Source of the DNA: Lytechinus pictus
Lineage: Eukaryota
NCBI RefSeq assembly: GCF_037042905.1
Contig: NC_087245.1
Span: 20,028,001 to 20,092,000, forward strand
Reading direction: 5' to 3'
DNA: 64,000 bases
Part shown: positions 53,726 through 64,000 of the stretch, piece by piece
Layout of the letters: each line of letters starts with the position of its first letter
Position numbering within the stretch: position 1 is the stretch's first letter
Notes under the pieces: model-generated
What the model was told of the DNA's origin: nothing
The model's database searches: none
The model's input: only the letters and a program-made list of their open reading frames with translations
Made by a program: the position numbers and the translations under genes

Positions 53726-55339
53726 CCCCACTTCTCAGTATCCCTTCAATAAACTGGTCAATTAAAGAAATTATTGGCATTGAAACTGTCTGGTCAAGCC
53801 ATCAATCACAAGAATGGTCAATTTAGATTGCTATGTGATCTTAAACAGGTAATGTAAGTGGTCCATTCACGCCTCAGTGCTATATGGCATATAAAAAGCA
53901 TATCATTTAAAAATCAAATTTCACTTTTTTTGGGGGGGGTAAAGTTGCTTTAGATGTACACCACAATGAAACACCTACTTTCAGCTAAATTTTTACACAC
54001 AATCTATATTCAATTTGTTGGAATACAGCCATGTACGTGTACCCTTCACAGTTCACAAGACCAAATATTGATTGGAGTAGAAAGCATGGAAAATGTGTCA
54101 TCAAATTTATAAGCTACATTGTGAAAAACTCAAGATTACATGTAGAGTGTAATAAATTCATAGAAATTTAATCAAGATGAGAAAAAAAGTTCACAAGACT
54201 TTTCAAAATTTGCTTTTCCCAAAAAAGTTAACAAGGCTATGTCTAAAAATGAGGAGTGATGAAGCTATGAACTCATCTTTTTATTTTATATTTAAATAGG
54301 TCCTACTTCAAATTATATTTTAAAATATGCTGCGCCAAGAAAACTGTTAAAACATGGCTTTGCTCTACATGAACAGTATCATTAATCATGAGCGTTACTC
54401 AACTTTAATTTAAAAAGGGATAACTGAATTGTTGCAAATCTATCAAAGCAAACTACACAATTAATATATATTTTTAGACTAAAATTTGAAAAAATAAAAA
54501 GGATAACTAAACCAACAGCTCACCCATCAGTGTTTAAAACAGTTAAATAAAATTTTCATTTTATTTTTCTAAATTTAACTTCTCAATTCTATTTTTGTTT
54601 GGATTCAAAATACATGATACCTGTATATTTTATGTGATCGAAACAGTTAACCTCCCACATATGACAAAATGAAATAAGATTCAAACCGCACCTGAAGGGA
54701 GATACCAATGATAAATAATCAATGATCACAAACACTAGATGTTGACAGTCAAAGCAATAAATATTGCATTTCAATGCATATTAACACTTTTAGGTTAAAT
54801 AATGAATGGGACTGGAATAAATTGAGACGGAATGCAGACGGTTTGTTAGGTGGAAATATTATGTGATAGGACCATAAGATTTTGAAAGAAATCATATTTC
54901 ATGAATGCGGGGAAAATAAAACAGGCAAAAAAGGCAGGTTCTGTGGTTAATGAAGAAGCATTATACGGCATCAGAAGCAAATTCACTCCTTTTTTAAGTA
55001 TGGGATCAGCAACTTCACACATCTACACAAATTTGTAAAATCGCTCTTGAAATGGTTGTGAAATTTATACCCACCAGCTTACCAAAAATCTGGTTATCGT
55101 AAAAAAAAATTAACTCCATACGGTGATACAAACGGCCTATGTAATAACTACAAATAGAGATTGAAGACTCTTGGAAATACCAACGAGAATTAACCAACCT
55201 GCTTTCTTTAAACCACAAACTACCAAAGATAATATGATTGCAAGATAGTAAGTAAGATTAATTTTTTATTCTTGTTGTGGCAAGTGCAATTAAACCATTT
55301 GTTTCAACCACAAACTTTAATTTCAAAATTGTGTTACTA

Positions 55340-55815
55340 GGTGGTTTCAAACCGCCTCGATCACAAGAATCCCCGTTAAATTACGAGAACTTTTTTAGGC
55401 TGAAAAATACCCATTAATTATTCCTGCATTCACACCGCCCTGAAACATACCCTTCGGGATAAGTTCCTGAAGTTACGAGCATGCGCACTATGGTCTGATA
55501 AGCAGCAAGGCGCGAAATTCAAAATCACTAGCCCAGCAGCAACCCATGCACGGCGCCGCACCCAACGACACGCTGGGCTAAAAGTTCCCGTAATTTGCTT
55601 TCAGACCGCCAAAATACCCACGACCTTGGAAAAATCCCCGCGAAAGTTCTCGTAATTTCGCCAAGTACCTACTATTTATCGGGTATTTTCTTTCGGGGAT
55701 ATTACGCGTAGTTTGCTTTCAGACCGCCAAAATACCTGGTATTTTCTGATCGGGGTAAATTTCCCGATCAGAGAATACCTGGAACTGGCGAACTTCGAGG
55801 CGGTCTGAAACCACC
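55340..55815. mobile_element. MITE, Harbinger-like termini
   Basis: TIR ggtggtttcaaaccgcctcga / tcgaggcggtctgaaaccacc, flanked by ta on both sides; internal direct repeat tttgctttcagaccgccaaaatacc (about 55594 and 55712). Confidence 0.9.
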
Positions 55816-56129
55816 TACTGTGACAAAAAGAATTCAATCATAAATTAAAACAAGCTGGCATAGCTGTCAATAAGTATTAATGTTAGATAGTGCTGTTATC
55901 GATAACGTCTTTATCGCTAGTCCTGTCGATAATCGCTTGTTTTTCGCCACTTAGCAATATCGATAACCTTTCTCTCATTGTCGATATACCTGCTATTATG
56001 TAGGGACACAGTGATTATCTGCGATTTCACAGAATTCATGGAAACGGCCCGTTGAAAGTGGCTTTTCAAACGGAAAATCAAGGAAAACATATTATTCCTC
56101 AAACTGCACAGAACAGCATCAGAAATAAC

Positions 56130-57581
56130 AATAATAATAATAACTTAAACTTATATAGCGCTTTTCATGAAATCATATCAAAGCGCTTTACAATGTAGAA
56201 CATACAAAATATATTAACAAAAGTGAAATTAGAAATCATATAACTAAGAGAGGAAAAAGGACACTGTAAATGGAGCTATGTTGAAAATGCTTTCTTCATG
56301 AGGTATGTCTTTAAATTAGAATGAAATGAAGTGATATTTGGGATACAACGGAGGGAAGCTGGAAGAGTGTTCCAAAGACGTGGGGCAGAGCTTGAAAAGG
56401 ACCTATCACCAAAAAGTTTAGTTTTTGCTTTTTTGACTGTTAAGAAATTTTGATTTGCAGAGCGAAGGGATCTACTGGGAGTATATGCCTGGATTAATTC
56501 GGAGAGATATTTTGGAGCATGTCCATGAAGAGATTTGAATGTTAGGAGTAGAATTTTGAATTGTATACGGAATTTAATGGGGAGCCAGTGCAATTGTTTA
56601 AGAGTAGGGGTTACATGGTCATGTTTTTTTGTGAGGGAAACTAGACGGGCTGCAGAGTTTTGAATTCTCTGCAGCTTAGAAATATCCTTTTCTGGAATTC
56701 CAAGGAGCAGGCTATTGCAACTGTCAAGAAGTGAGCTAATAAATGCATGAATGAGGACTTCAGTGGATGACTTTGAGAGATATTTTCGAATTTTACCAAT
56801 TTTTCTTAGGGCGAAGGATGCTTTACGACAGATGCTGTTGACATGGGGACGCATTGAAAAGTTTTTATCAAACAAAACACCTAAGTTAGTAACCGTTTTA
56901 GAGGGATGTATATGAACATTTGCAATTTGAATTGGAGGTAGCTCAGGGGTATGTCTACGATGGGAAGAGATATGCAGAACTTCCATCTTGTTGTCATTAA
57001 GGAGTAGATAGTTCACAGTCATCCAGGAACGAATGGCACCAAGACAATCTTCCAGTTTCTGCAACATTCGGAGAGCTTGTCCAGACTTGAATGAGATATA
57101 TAATTGTGTGTCATCAGCATATATCATAGACGAGAATCCATAGGAATGAATAAGATCTTCCAACGGTGTCGTGTAGCATGTAAAGAGTACAGGCCCGATA
57201 ACCGAACCTTGCGGCACCCCCCATTTAAGTAGAGTTGGTTCAGATCGTGAGCCATCAATGATCACCTGTTGATATCGTCCAGTGATGTAAGAGTCAAACC
57301 ACTTTGCTACAGTCCCAGAGACACCAAATCGTGTTTTCAGCCTGGAAAGAAGAACATCGTGATCAACTGTGTCGAAGGCTGATGTTAGGTCCAAAAGTAT
57401 GAGAATAGCATCATCTCCGGTATCCAAAGCTTGTAGAATATCATCTTGAACACGAAGTAGCGCCGTTTCCACACTATGATCTTTTCGATATGCAGACTGT
57501 CGGGATGCGAGAAGGGAGTTTGCAGTAAGGTATTCAGTAAATTGATTTGAGACAACTCGTTCTATTACCTTACCCAAAAAA
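56130..57581 (-). mobile_element. 5'-truncated L2-clade LINE
   Basis: RT ORF, 3' UTR with aaagcgcttt...aaaagcgct stem-loop and (TTA)n tail; aaataac repeated at 56123-56129 and 57582-57588 (TSD). Confidence 0.95.
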
Positions 57582-57727
57582 AAATAACTCCCAAATCTCA
57601 ACAAAATACTAGCCACAAAACACGATCTCACCCTTACTTCGCTATTATTATACCGCAGTGGGGGTGAGATCATGACGATCCAAACATTGTGACTGCACTC
57701 TTTTTCATTCGATCGAATAAAAAACAT
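56276..57727 (-). CDS. LINE ORF2 reverse transcriptase plus C-terminal region, lacking the endonuclease; N-terminal ~49 aa come from flanking DNA
   Basis: Motifs QSAYR, LLDLTSAFDTVDH, GVPQGSVIGP, YADDTQLY, NLGV, and L2-typical RIQNSAARL, LHWLPI, APRLWNTLP; no stops; first in-frame ATG at 57727 lies outside the LINE. Confidence 0.9.
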   Translation of the reverse strand: MFFIRSNEKECSHNVWIVMISPPLRYNNSEVRVRSCFVASILLRFGSYFFLGKVIERVVSNQFTEYLTANSLLASRQSAYRKDHSVETALLRVQDDILQALDTGDDAILILLDLTSAFDTVDHDVLLSRLKTRFGVSGTVAKWFDSYITGRYQQVIIDGSRSEPTLLKWGVPQGSVIGPVLFTCYTTPLEDLIHSYGFSSMIYADDTQLYISFKSGQALRMLQKLEDCLGAIRSWMTVNYLLLNDNKMEVLHISSHRRHTPELPPIQIANVHIHPSKTVTNLGVLFDKNFSMRPHVNSICRKASFALRKIGKIRKYLSKSSTEVLIHAFISSLLDSCNSLLLGIPEKDISKLQRIQNSAARLVSLTKKHDHVTPTLKQLHWLPIKFRIQFKILLLTFKSLHGHAPKYLSELIQAYTPSRSLRSANQNFLTVKKAKTKLFGDRSFSSSAPRLWNTLPASLRCIPNITSFHSNLKTYLMKKAFST

Positions 57728-59679
57728 CACAAGCTCAATTTTAGCAAAGCGCCAACTAACGTAAAAGGTATCTTGCACACAGCCGTATGTTTAAGCCCAC
57801 TACATTAGAAGATGTACAGCACGATATCAAAATGGTGGATAAGCGACAGACGTTGACTGCTCAGAACGTTGTCCAAAAAGCCCCCAAATTATCGATAAAA
57901 CTTCATCCAACCCTAAAATAATGCTAATAACTTGAAAGGTGAGGATGTATTTATGCTAAATATGTTTGTTAAGATGTTATGTAGTCATTTACATCCGATA
58001 AACATGGATTTTAAAGCGTTCTTGGTACAAATGGCAGATACAAATTTTGACCAACGCGAGTATGTGACATCGCTATAATGCATAAAAAAAGTGTATTGAT
58101 TATGTTCTTTTGTCGATAGTCATCAATAACGGTAAGATGTTTTTAGCATGATATCGACAGAGAATTTTCTCAACGATATCAGCCCTAATGGCAGGGTTAA
58201 GGAAAATAATTGACAAATCCTTGGATGGAGTCTATCCCTGCCGGTACATTAGTATCTTTGGTTGGGATAAACATATTTCAAGATTCTGAGGAGAAGAAAA
58301 GGGATACATTTGTCAAATATTTGCCTGTGAAGTGGACTTGAAGCTCAAGCCTATCTGCAGATGGGTGTGGAGGGTATATTAGGGGTGCATGCTTCCGATT
58401 AGAAATAATCGTTGTGTGCAGAAAGCTTCAAATTGCACCCAGAATGTTCATGACAGGGGGTGAAGTTTAATCCCAAAGTACATTCTGAAAAATAAAAAGA
58501 ATCCTATAAAATGTTTCGGTACTTGAAGTTCGAACATTTCAAGAGTGTTAGGAAGACAGAATGGATCAGAATGCGCAACTATGTGTAGGACCAGCACTAC
58601 TTCAGGGAGAAATTGTTTTAGGAGTGGGTGGGAGAGAACCTTCATATATTTATATAAATCAAGAGGTCAATATCATACTCTGTACCTTTGAATGCTAAAA
58701 TTTTCTCTTAGTTGTACACTCATCCATCACTTTGTAATAAAAAGCAAAGCCCCCCCCCCCCGAACACATCAGATTGCTGTATCATGCATGATCTGAAATG
58801 AAAGAGATTGCAATTGAATGGAAAAAATGGTGTTGTTATAATAAGAATAGACTGATCATTACAACAAAATCAACATAGTAATCAGTTTCCATGACACAGG
58901 CAAAAGTAACAATATTTGTACAATGAATAGCACTATTTCCTCCATTATCACAGAATAAAATATTCCTACCACCCTTATAAACTGACCATGAATAAATCTC
59001 TAGGCCTAGCAATATGCACTTCAATTTAATTTCTTTACATTTCTGCCCACAAATATCCATCTGGATGTCAATTAATAAAGGTAACATAAAGGGGATGGAT
59101 TCTACTTGACACTGAACCTCCTTCCAGATCAATTGTACATCAAGTAGGCCTACAAGCAATTAATTCCTATTGCTCAACGACAACGCACCTACCCGCCCTA
59201 CCGACAAGACTCAAAGACGGAAAAGCACCTATTTATGTGAGAGTCCTTAATATTGACCTCCCAGTGCCACACATAAAACCTACTTCAATACAATCACCGC
59301 ATACACTTTACATAGCTGCACATGAAAATCACACACGACCTAAATACGCACCAACCCTAAATCGGTGGTGCTCGCTTCCACAACTATCGTCCTTGCCATG
59401 CACAACCTGTATAGAGCACCTTGATTATACAATAGGCAATCCAGAACAACATTGGACGATAAAATCTTGAATGATTCTTCGTTGTTTTAGGGAAGGCTAC
59501 ATGTACAGTGCTTTGTACTTAGCTCTTTATCAATGATTACTTTAATATCTGCAAATGATTAAAATCTTTGTGTGAGCCCTACGAAATTGTATATGTTTCA
59601 TATGATTATCTGCCATAGGCTTATACAAAAACAAAACAAAACATCAGCACGGGAAGCATAAAGGTATAGGCCAACTGCC

Positions 59680-59801
59680 CTTCTCTCTGCCTCTCTCTCT
59701 CTCTTTCTATTTCTCTCTCTCTAACTATCCCTCTCCATCTCTCTGTACCTCCATTTCTTTCTTTCTTTCTTTCTTACTTTCTTTTTTTTCTCTCTCTCTC
59801 T
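59680..59801. repeat. (CT)n/(CTTT)n low-complexity tract
   Basis: ctctctctct, ctttctttct runs. Confidence 0.85.
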
Positions 59802-60742
59802 GACCACTTGACCATGTACAATCTTATATCTTTCATCAGACACACAAACTCTCACTTGCCTGCTTATAGTTCATGAACATAAGCAAAGCATTAAAAAAAA
59901 AATATGTTGGCCTTGCTCTCAAACATGGGACCAGCTTATTCTACTTCCTCTAACTATATAAAAATATTGACCTCCTCTGGTCTTTCCTAGCAGCTAATTT
60001 GGGTCAAGGACACTTTCATTCCATAATTACATATTTTCTTACCACAAAACATAGCAATGGGCTTTCTATTATGCACTATAGTGCCTATCCAAGGTGTGGA
60101 GGATAAAACTGAAGATAGAGACCAAAAAAACGCAGTCAATAAGTGCCTTTTCTTGTTAAGATCATTTTAAATTCCATTCATCTCTCATGTGCATTACCCT
60201 GACTCCCGATGGTGAACAAGAATTCATCAAACGCATCCCAAATGATTCCTGCCATAGCCTGTTATCCAAGCATTTTACGACCAATTTTGTCCTAATTGCA
60301 AGGGTCAATTTTCATCCGCAGAATGGTACCCACTGGGCAGGGAAGCTTCTATACACTTGTTGTCTAGAAGTCTTTGTGTATGGATGATGATTCATGGGGG
60401 CTTATTCAATGATATAAAAATGCAAGAAAAAAGATAAAATGAATGATTCTAGTGATTACATATAACATAAAACAATTTTGTGTGTTAAGAAAGACATTAG
60501 CTAGAAGTTGTTATAATAAAACAAAACAAACACTTCACGTATGAAAATGCTTTTACAGCAGGACCCTGTAGTCATATAACATGATAATGCTGTCATTACA
60601 AAATAATACCATTCTATAACAATTAAATCCTGAACGCCAATAAAAAGTGGGCAGAAGGTCTAATTTTTGCAATCATATGGGAACGACTGAACTAGGGATT
60701 GAACCAATGACCCCATGTTTATTATAAAGTGGGTTCCCTACC

Positions 60743-60997
60743 CAGGGGCAGATCCAGGATCTTTCGAAAGGGGGTGGGCACAATTTCCAAATTCAACAAG
60801 CAAAAAAAAAAAGGTTTCAACCAAAAATTAAGGGGATTCCGTCAATGAAAAAATTTGACAAGCAAAAAAAGGTCTTCACTTTCGAAAGGGGGGGGCACAC
60901 TTCTGTTTTAACTGCATTTTTATATTACAAATTTTAATTTTAAAAGGGGGGGCACGGGCCGGCTGTGTCCCCCCCCCCCCCCCTGGTTTCGCCAGTG
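60743..60997. mobile_element. hAT-like MITE
   Basis: caggggcagatccagg ... cctggtttcgccagtg; 8-bp flanks tccctacc / ttccttcc; three aaaggggg(g)gcac subrepeats. Confidence 0.8.
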
Positions 60998-61073
60998 TTC
61001 CTTCCAATAACCTAACCCTACCCAGTGAAGCACAGAGTGGTACTTTGTGAAAGTGGTGGTAAAAGTTAAATAG

Positions 61074-61143
61074 AAGCAGCAGTAGCATCAGTAGTAGTTG
61101 TAGCAGCAGCAGCAGTCGAAGTGGAAGCAGATGACGATGATGA
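61074..61143. repeat. (GCA/GTA/GAT)n trinucleotide mix
   Basis: agcagcagtagcatcagtagtagttgtagcagcagcagcag...gatgacgatgatga. Confidence 0.8.
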
Positions 61144-61652
61144 TATAAGCATTTCATGGAAAATATGATGTTACCAACCAAACAAAAAAGGCAAATGTAA
61201 TGAAGCCCCAAGGAATTAAACAACATCTGGAACTAGATAATATTTGTTAGATTATTTTATATTATTTAATTTCCCAAAATATTATTTCTTATATCAATTA
61301 AAACAGTGCCCATTATACCTTTTTTACCAAATGATGGCAACCTTCTTCTTTGCCCCCTTCAGCCTCTCTCTCTCTCTCTTCACCTTCATGCCTAATCCCC
61401 CCCCCCCTTCACACCATTCTGTTGGTAATCATCTTTATTGTCTGCCCCATGTATCACTGACATTCTCAGCAAAAAAACACAATAGCATGTGTGCCACAGG
61501 ACATGCTTCACATAATCTATCCCCCTTTTGTACTGGTGTAAACGTTTGCCCCATAAAATCAAATCTATCATATCAAATTTGTCACTACAACAATGAGCTA
61601 AAAATCGTGACTTGAAGGAGGTAAAAAAATTAGCTCTCATACAAGGCCTGTG

Positions 61653-62057
61653 CAGACCTGCCAACCTCTAGGAATGAAAAACTGTATTCTGTGATTAAAA
61701 AAAATGTATTTTTCCCCAAAAAAAGTGTATTTCATAATAAAATGCTTGGCGCACTCGCTCATCGCGGCGCTCAAGCTGCATGCAAGCTAAAATGCGCACT
61801 GCTCTTGCAGACGAAAAAAAAAACATTAAAACATGTGTATATCTTCACCCTGGTTTGAACAAAATGATTGAAAAAAAAACAAGTTACCTGAAATTACATT
61901 GATCTAATAACCATATTTGTGCACGTTCTATGAAATAGAGACATATAGAGATTATTTTTCTCAATAAATTACGATTTAGTTTACAAAAAACGTATTTTTC
62001 AAAGAAAAAACGTACTGCCGTATTTTGGTTGCAAAAACGTACTGGTTGGCAGGTCTG
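61653..62057. mobile_element. MITE with perfect 14-bp TIR and 6-bp TSD
   Basis: cctgtg|cagacctgccaacc ... ggttggcaggtctg|cctgtg; subterminal aaaaa(c/t)gta(t/c) repeats. Confidence 0.9.
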
Positions 62058-63205
62058 CCTGTGGTATATGCGCAAACTTTAACCTCATTCGAATACATGA
62101 GTATCGACTAAAAAGGATCATGGAAATGAAAATTTACTTGCATAGTTTTCAACTCATGCCTCTGCCTGACGAAAATGACCATCTGAAAGCAAGAAACTTT
62201 GGCATAAATATTCTTTATGCTGAGTGAAGGCCAAAAAATGAACGCTAAACAACCCAATTAACAACAAGAAGCTCTGGCAAATATCTTTTGAAGGCTCTGT
62301 AAATATAGAGTCAACTTTTACACAATCATACCTTCTTAGAATTAATTACAACCACATGCTCAATATACTAACAAAGAGAGCCAACCACAATTACAAATTC
62401 CTTCCATCACTTTGACAATTCCAATAACAGGAATCCATATTACGGTTCATAAGATATGAAATCAAGATCAGAATCTAGATGATTGACCAATCAACCTAAG
62501 GGACCACCCCACCAAACATATTTTGACCAGCTTCATGGTATCAGATGCTTTCATACCCACAAATTACAAGAACTTATTCAGGCCTTACGGACTTTATAAT
62601 TGATTTGTGCGTTTCACACCCACCTGAATTGGATAAAGTTTCAATGGTTATCAGCCAGCAGGAAGACTCATTCATTCTTATACAAAAAAATAGGCCCCCA
62701 AAACAAATTCTTAACCTCATAATCATATCCACAGTTCTCGTAGTTTGCTTTCCCATTGCAAATATCCCTTTGACAGTAGGAAAATTCTTGCAAAAGTTCT
62801 CATAATTTTTGAAAAAAATAATTACTTGAGCATATTTTTTGGGGGATATCATTGATTTGCTTGCAGGCTAAACAGCTGACATTTTCTGATCTGAGTAAAA
62901 TTACCAATCGGAATATAACAGGTAATTTTTGTGACCAATTAGGTATGAAATTCCTTATTCATATCCAACTCACTGTATTTGTAGTAGGGATAAAAACTGA
63001 AAAATAAATAGCATAATGCAAGGTGCACATATCTGCAGTTGATGGTTTCCCCAATTACCTATTCCCCCCATAAAATACAGAAAAAATATATCTTACATCT
63101 TTATAGTACAAGGTTCATATAGTTAAAATATGGATTCTGTCAGTTACTTGCAATGCATCGTCATCTCGGCCCAGCATAAACATTTCTCACATCTGATGGC
63201 TACAT

Positions 63206-63637
63206 GAGGCCGTTCTCATTATGCTTTCTCAAACTACTTTACTGGAAACCGATTCAGGAAACCAGTGTGGAAGATCACTTTGCTAGCGTTCCCACTTGAT
63301 CACACGAAAGAGGTTTTCAAAATCACTTCGCATAAAGCGATCTTGTTGCTATGGAAACACTCTCAGTGGGGTGGCACGTTTCGCGCAAAATTCAAAACCG
63401 CAGCGTAGGCATTCAACACCTATCGTGTGGAGTAGCGCGCTCAAAATGTGCGAAGATCGCTTCCTGAAGAACGGTTGTGTCCTCACGCTAAAACCAGTTT
63501 AACAAGGCAAAGCGATCTTGAAAACTACATCGCGAGGTGGTTTTCTGAACCGGTTTGGAAGATCGCTTCGACCGTTCTCACTACACATTAAACTAGTCTC
63601 CACTAAACTAGTTTAGGAAGGTAGTGAGAATAGTATC
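63206..63637. mobile_element. Harbinger-like MITE with 3-bp TSD
   Basis: cat|gaggccgttctca ... tgagaatagtatc|cat; homologous to 46181-46978. Confidence 0.85.
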
Positions 63638-64000
63638 CATGATTAACATGGGCTGGTCAATGAGCAGTGTCAATGCAGTAACCTTGCCCCAGTGGACAGC
63701 TGACAGAAATCATATAACCTATAACATTCCTTGGTCAAGTATATTTATGCCAGTTCACTGCACTGTCAAAAATTTCAATATTCCAAAGGCAAATCCATAA
63801 TAATATCACTTCGCCATATCTCTAATACCCCTCTAGTACACCCCTAAGAGATTCTACGAACGTTAATTGCAAGTATATATCATTCCCTCAATAAAGCCAT
63901 CATTCATGGGCAGATCAATGAAGGTTCATTTGCGAAAGGAATCAACTCCATTTTCCAAGATAAAATTGTGATATCACGATATACTTTCAATGACTGATAA

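Larger units (their letters stand above)
55888..58187. mobile_element. hAT-like non-autonomous element (~0.84 kb when empty) split by the LINE
   Basis: tagtgctgttatcg / cgatatcagcccta termini; atcgata-type subterminal repeats at both ends; degenerate 8-bp flanks atgttaga / atggcagg. Confidence 0.65.

Noticed and set aside
56276..57778. Retron, group II intron or DGR-type RT system
   Set aside because: C-terminal motifs, 3' stem-loop, (TTA)n tail and TSD identify an ordinary L2 LINE; the track's start at 57778 is a GTG in flanking DNA
1..64000. Conserved microRNA, rRNA or snRNA genes
   Set aside because: None recognised by eye (only partial matches); an Rfam/miRBase search is needed to exclude them

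Overview
AT-rich eukaryotic (animal) DNA with no operons, no prokaryotic gene density and no CRISPR array. The repeat complement (TU/Foldback-like, Kolobok-, Harbinger-, hAT- and Tc1-like non-autonomous elements, tRNA-derived SINEs, an L2 LINE) looks like a marine deuterostome such as a sea urchin; this is inference only. The only recognisable protein-coding sequence is a 5'-truncated L2-clade LINE reverse transcriptase (minus strand, 56130-57581), inserted with a 7-bp TSD into a hAT-like element. About 15 MITE-type elements can be delimited from TIRs and TSDs, including three nested insertions. The unique DNA looks like very long intron(s) of an unidentified minus-strand gene. It holds one good 192-nt open cassette exon (37551-37742), several microexon candidates behind long AG-free pyrimidine tracts, a candidate X-box-driven alternative first exon, and at least two zero-length acceptor/donor junctions (YAG|GTGAGT at 2137 and 39286) that resemble recursive-splicing ratchet points. 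All exon calls are from motif reading only and need RNA evidence. Almost all ORFs in the supplied track are spurious.
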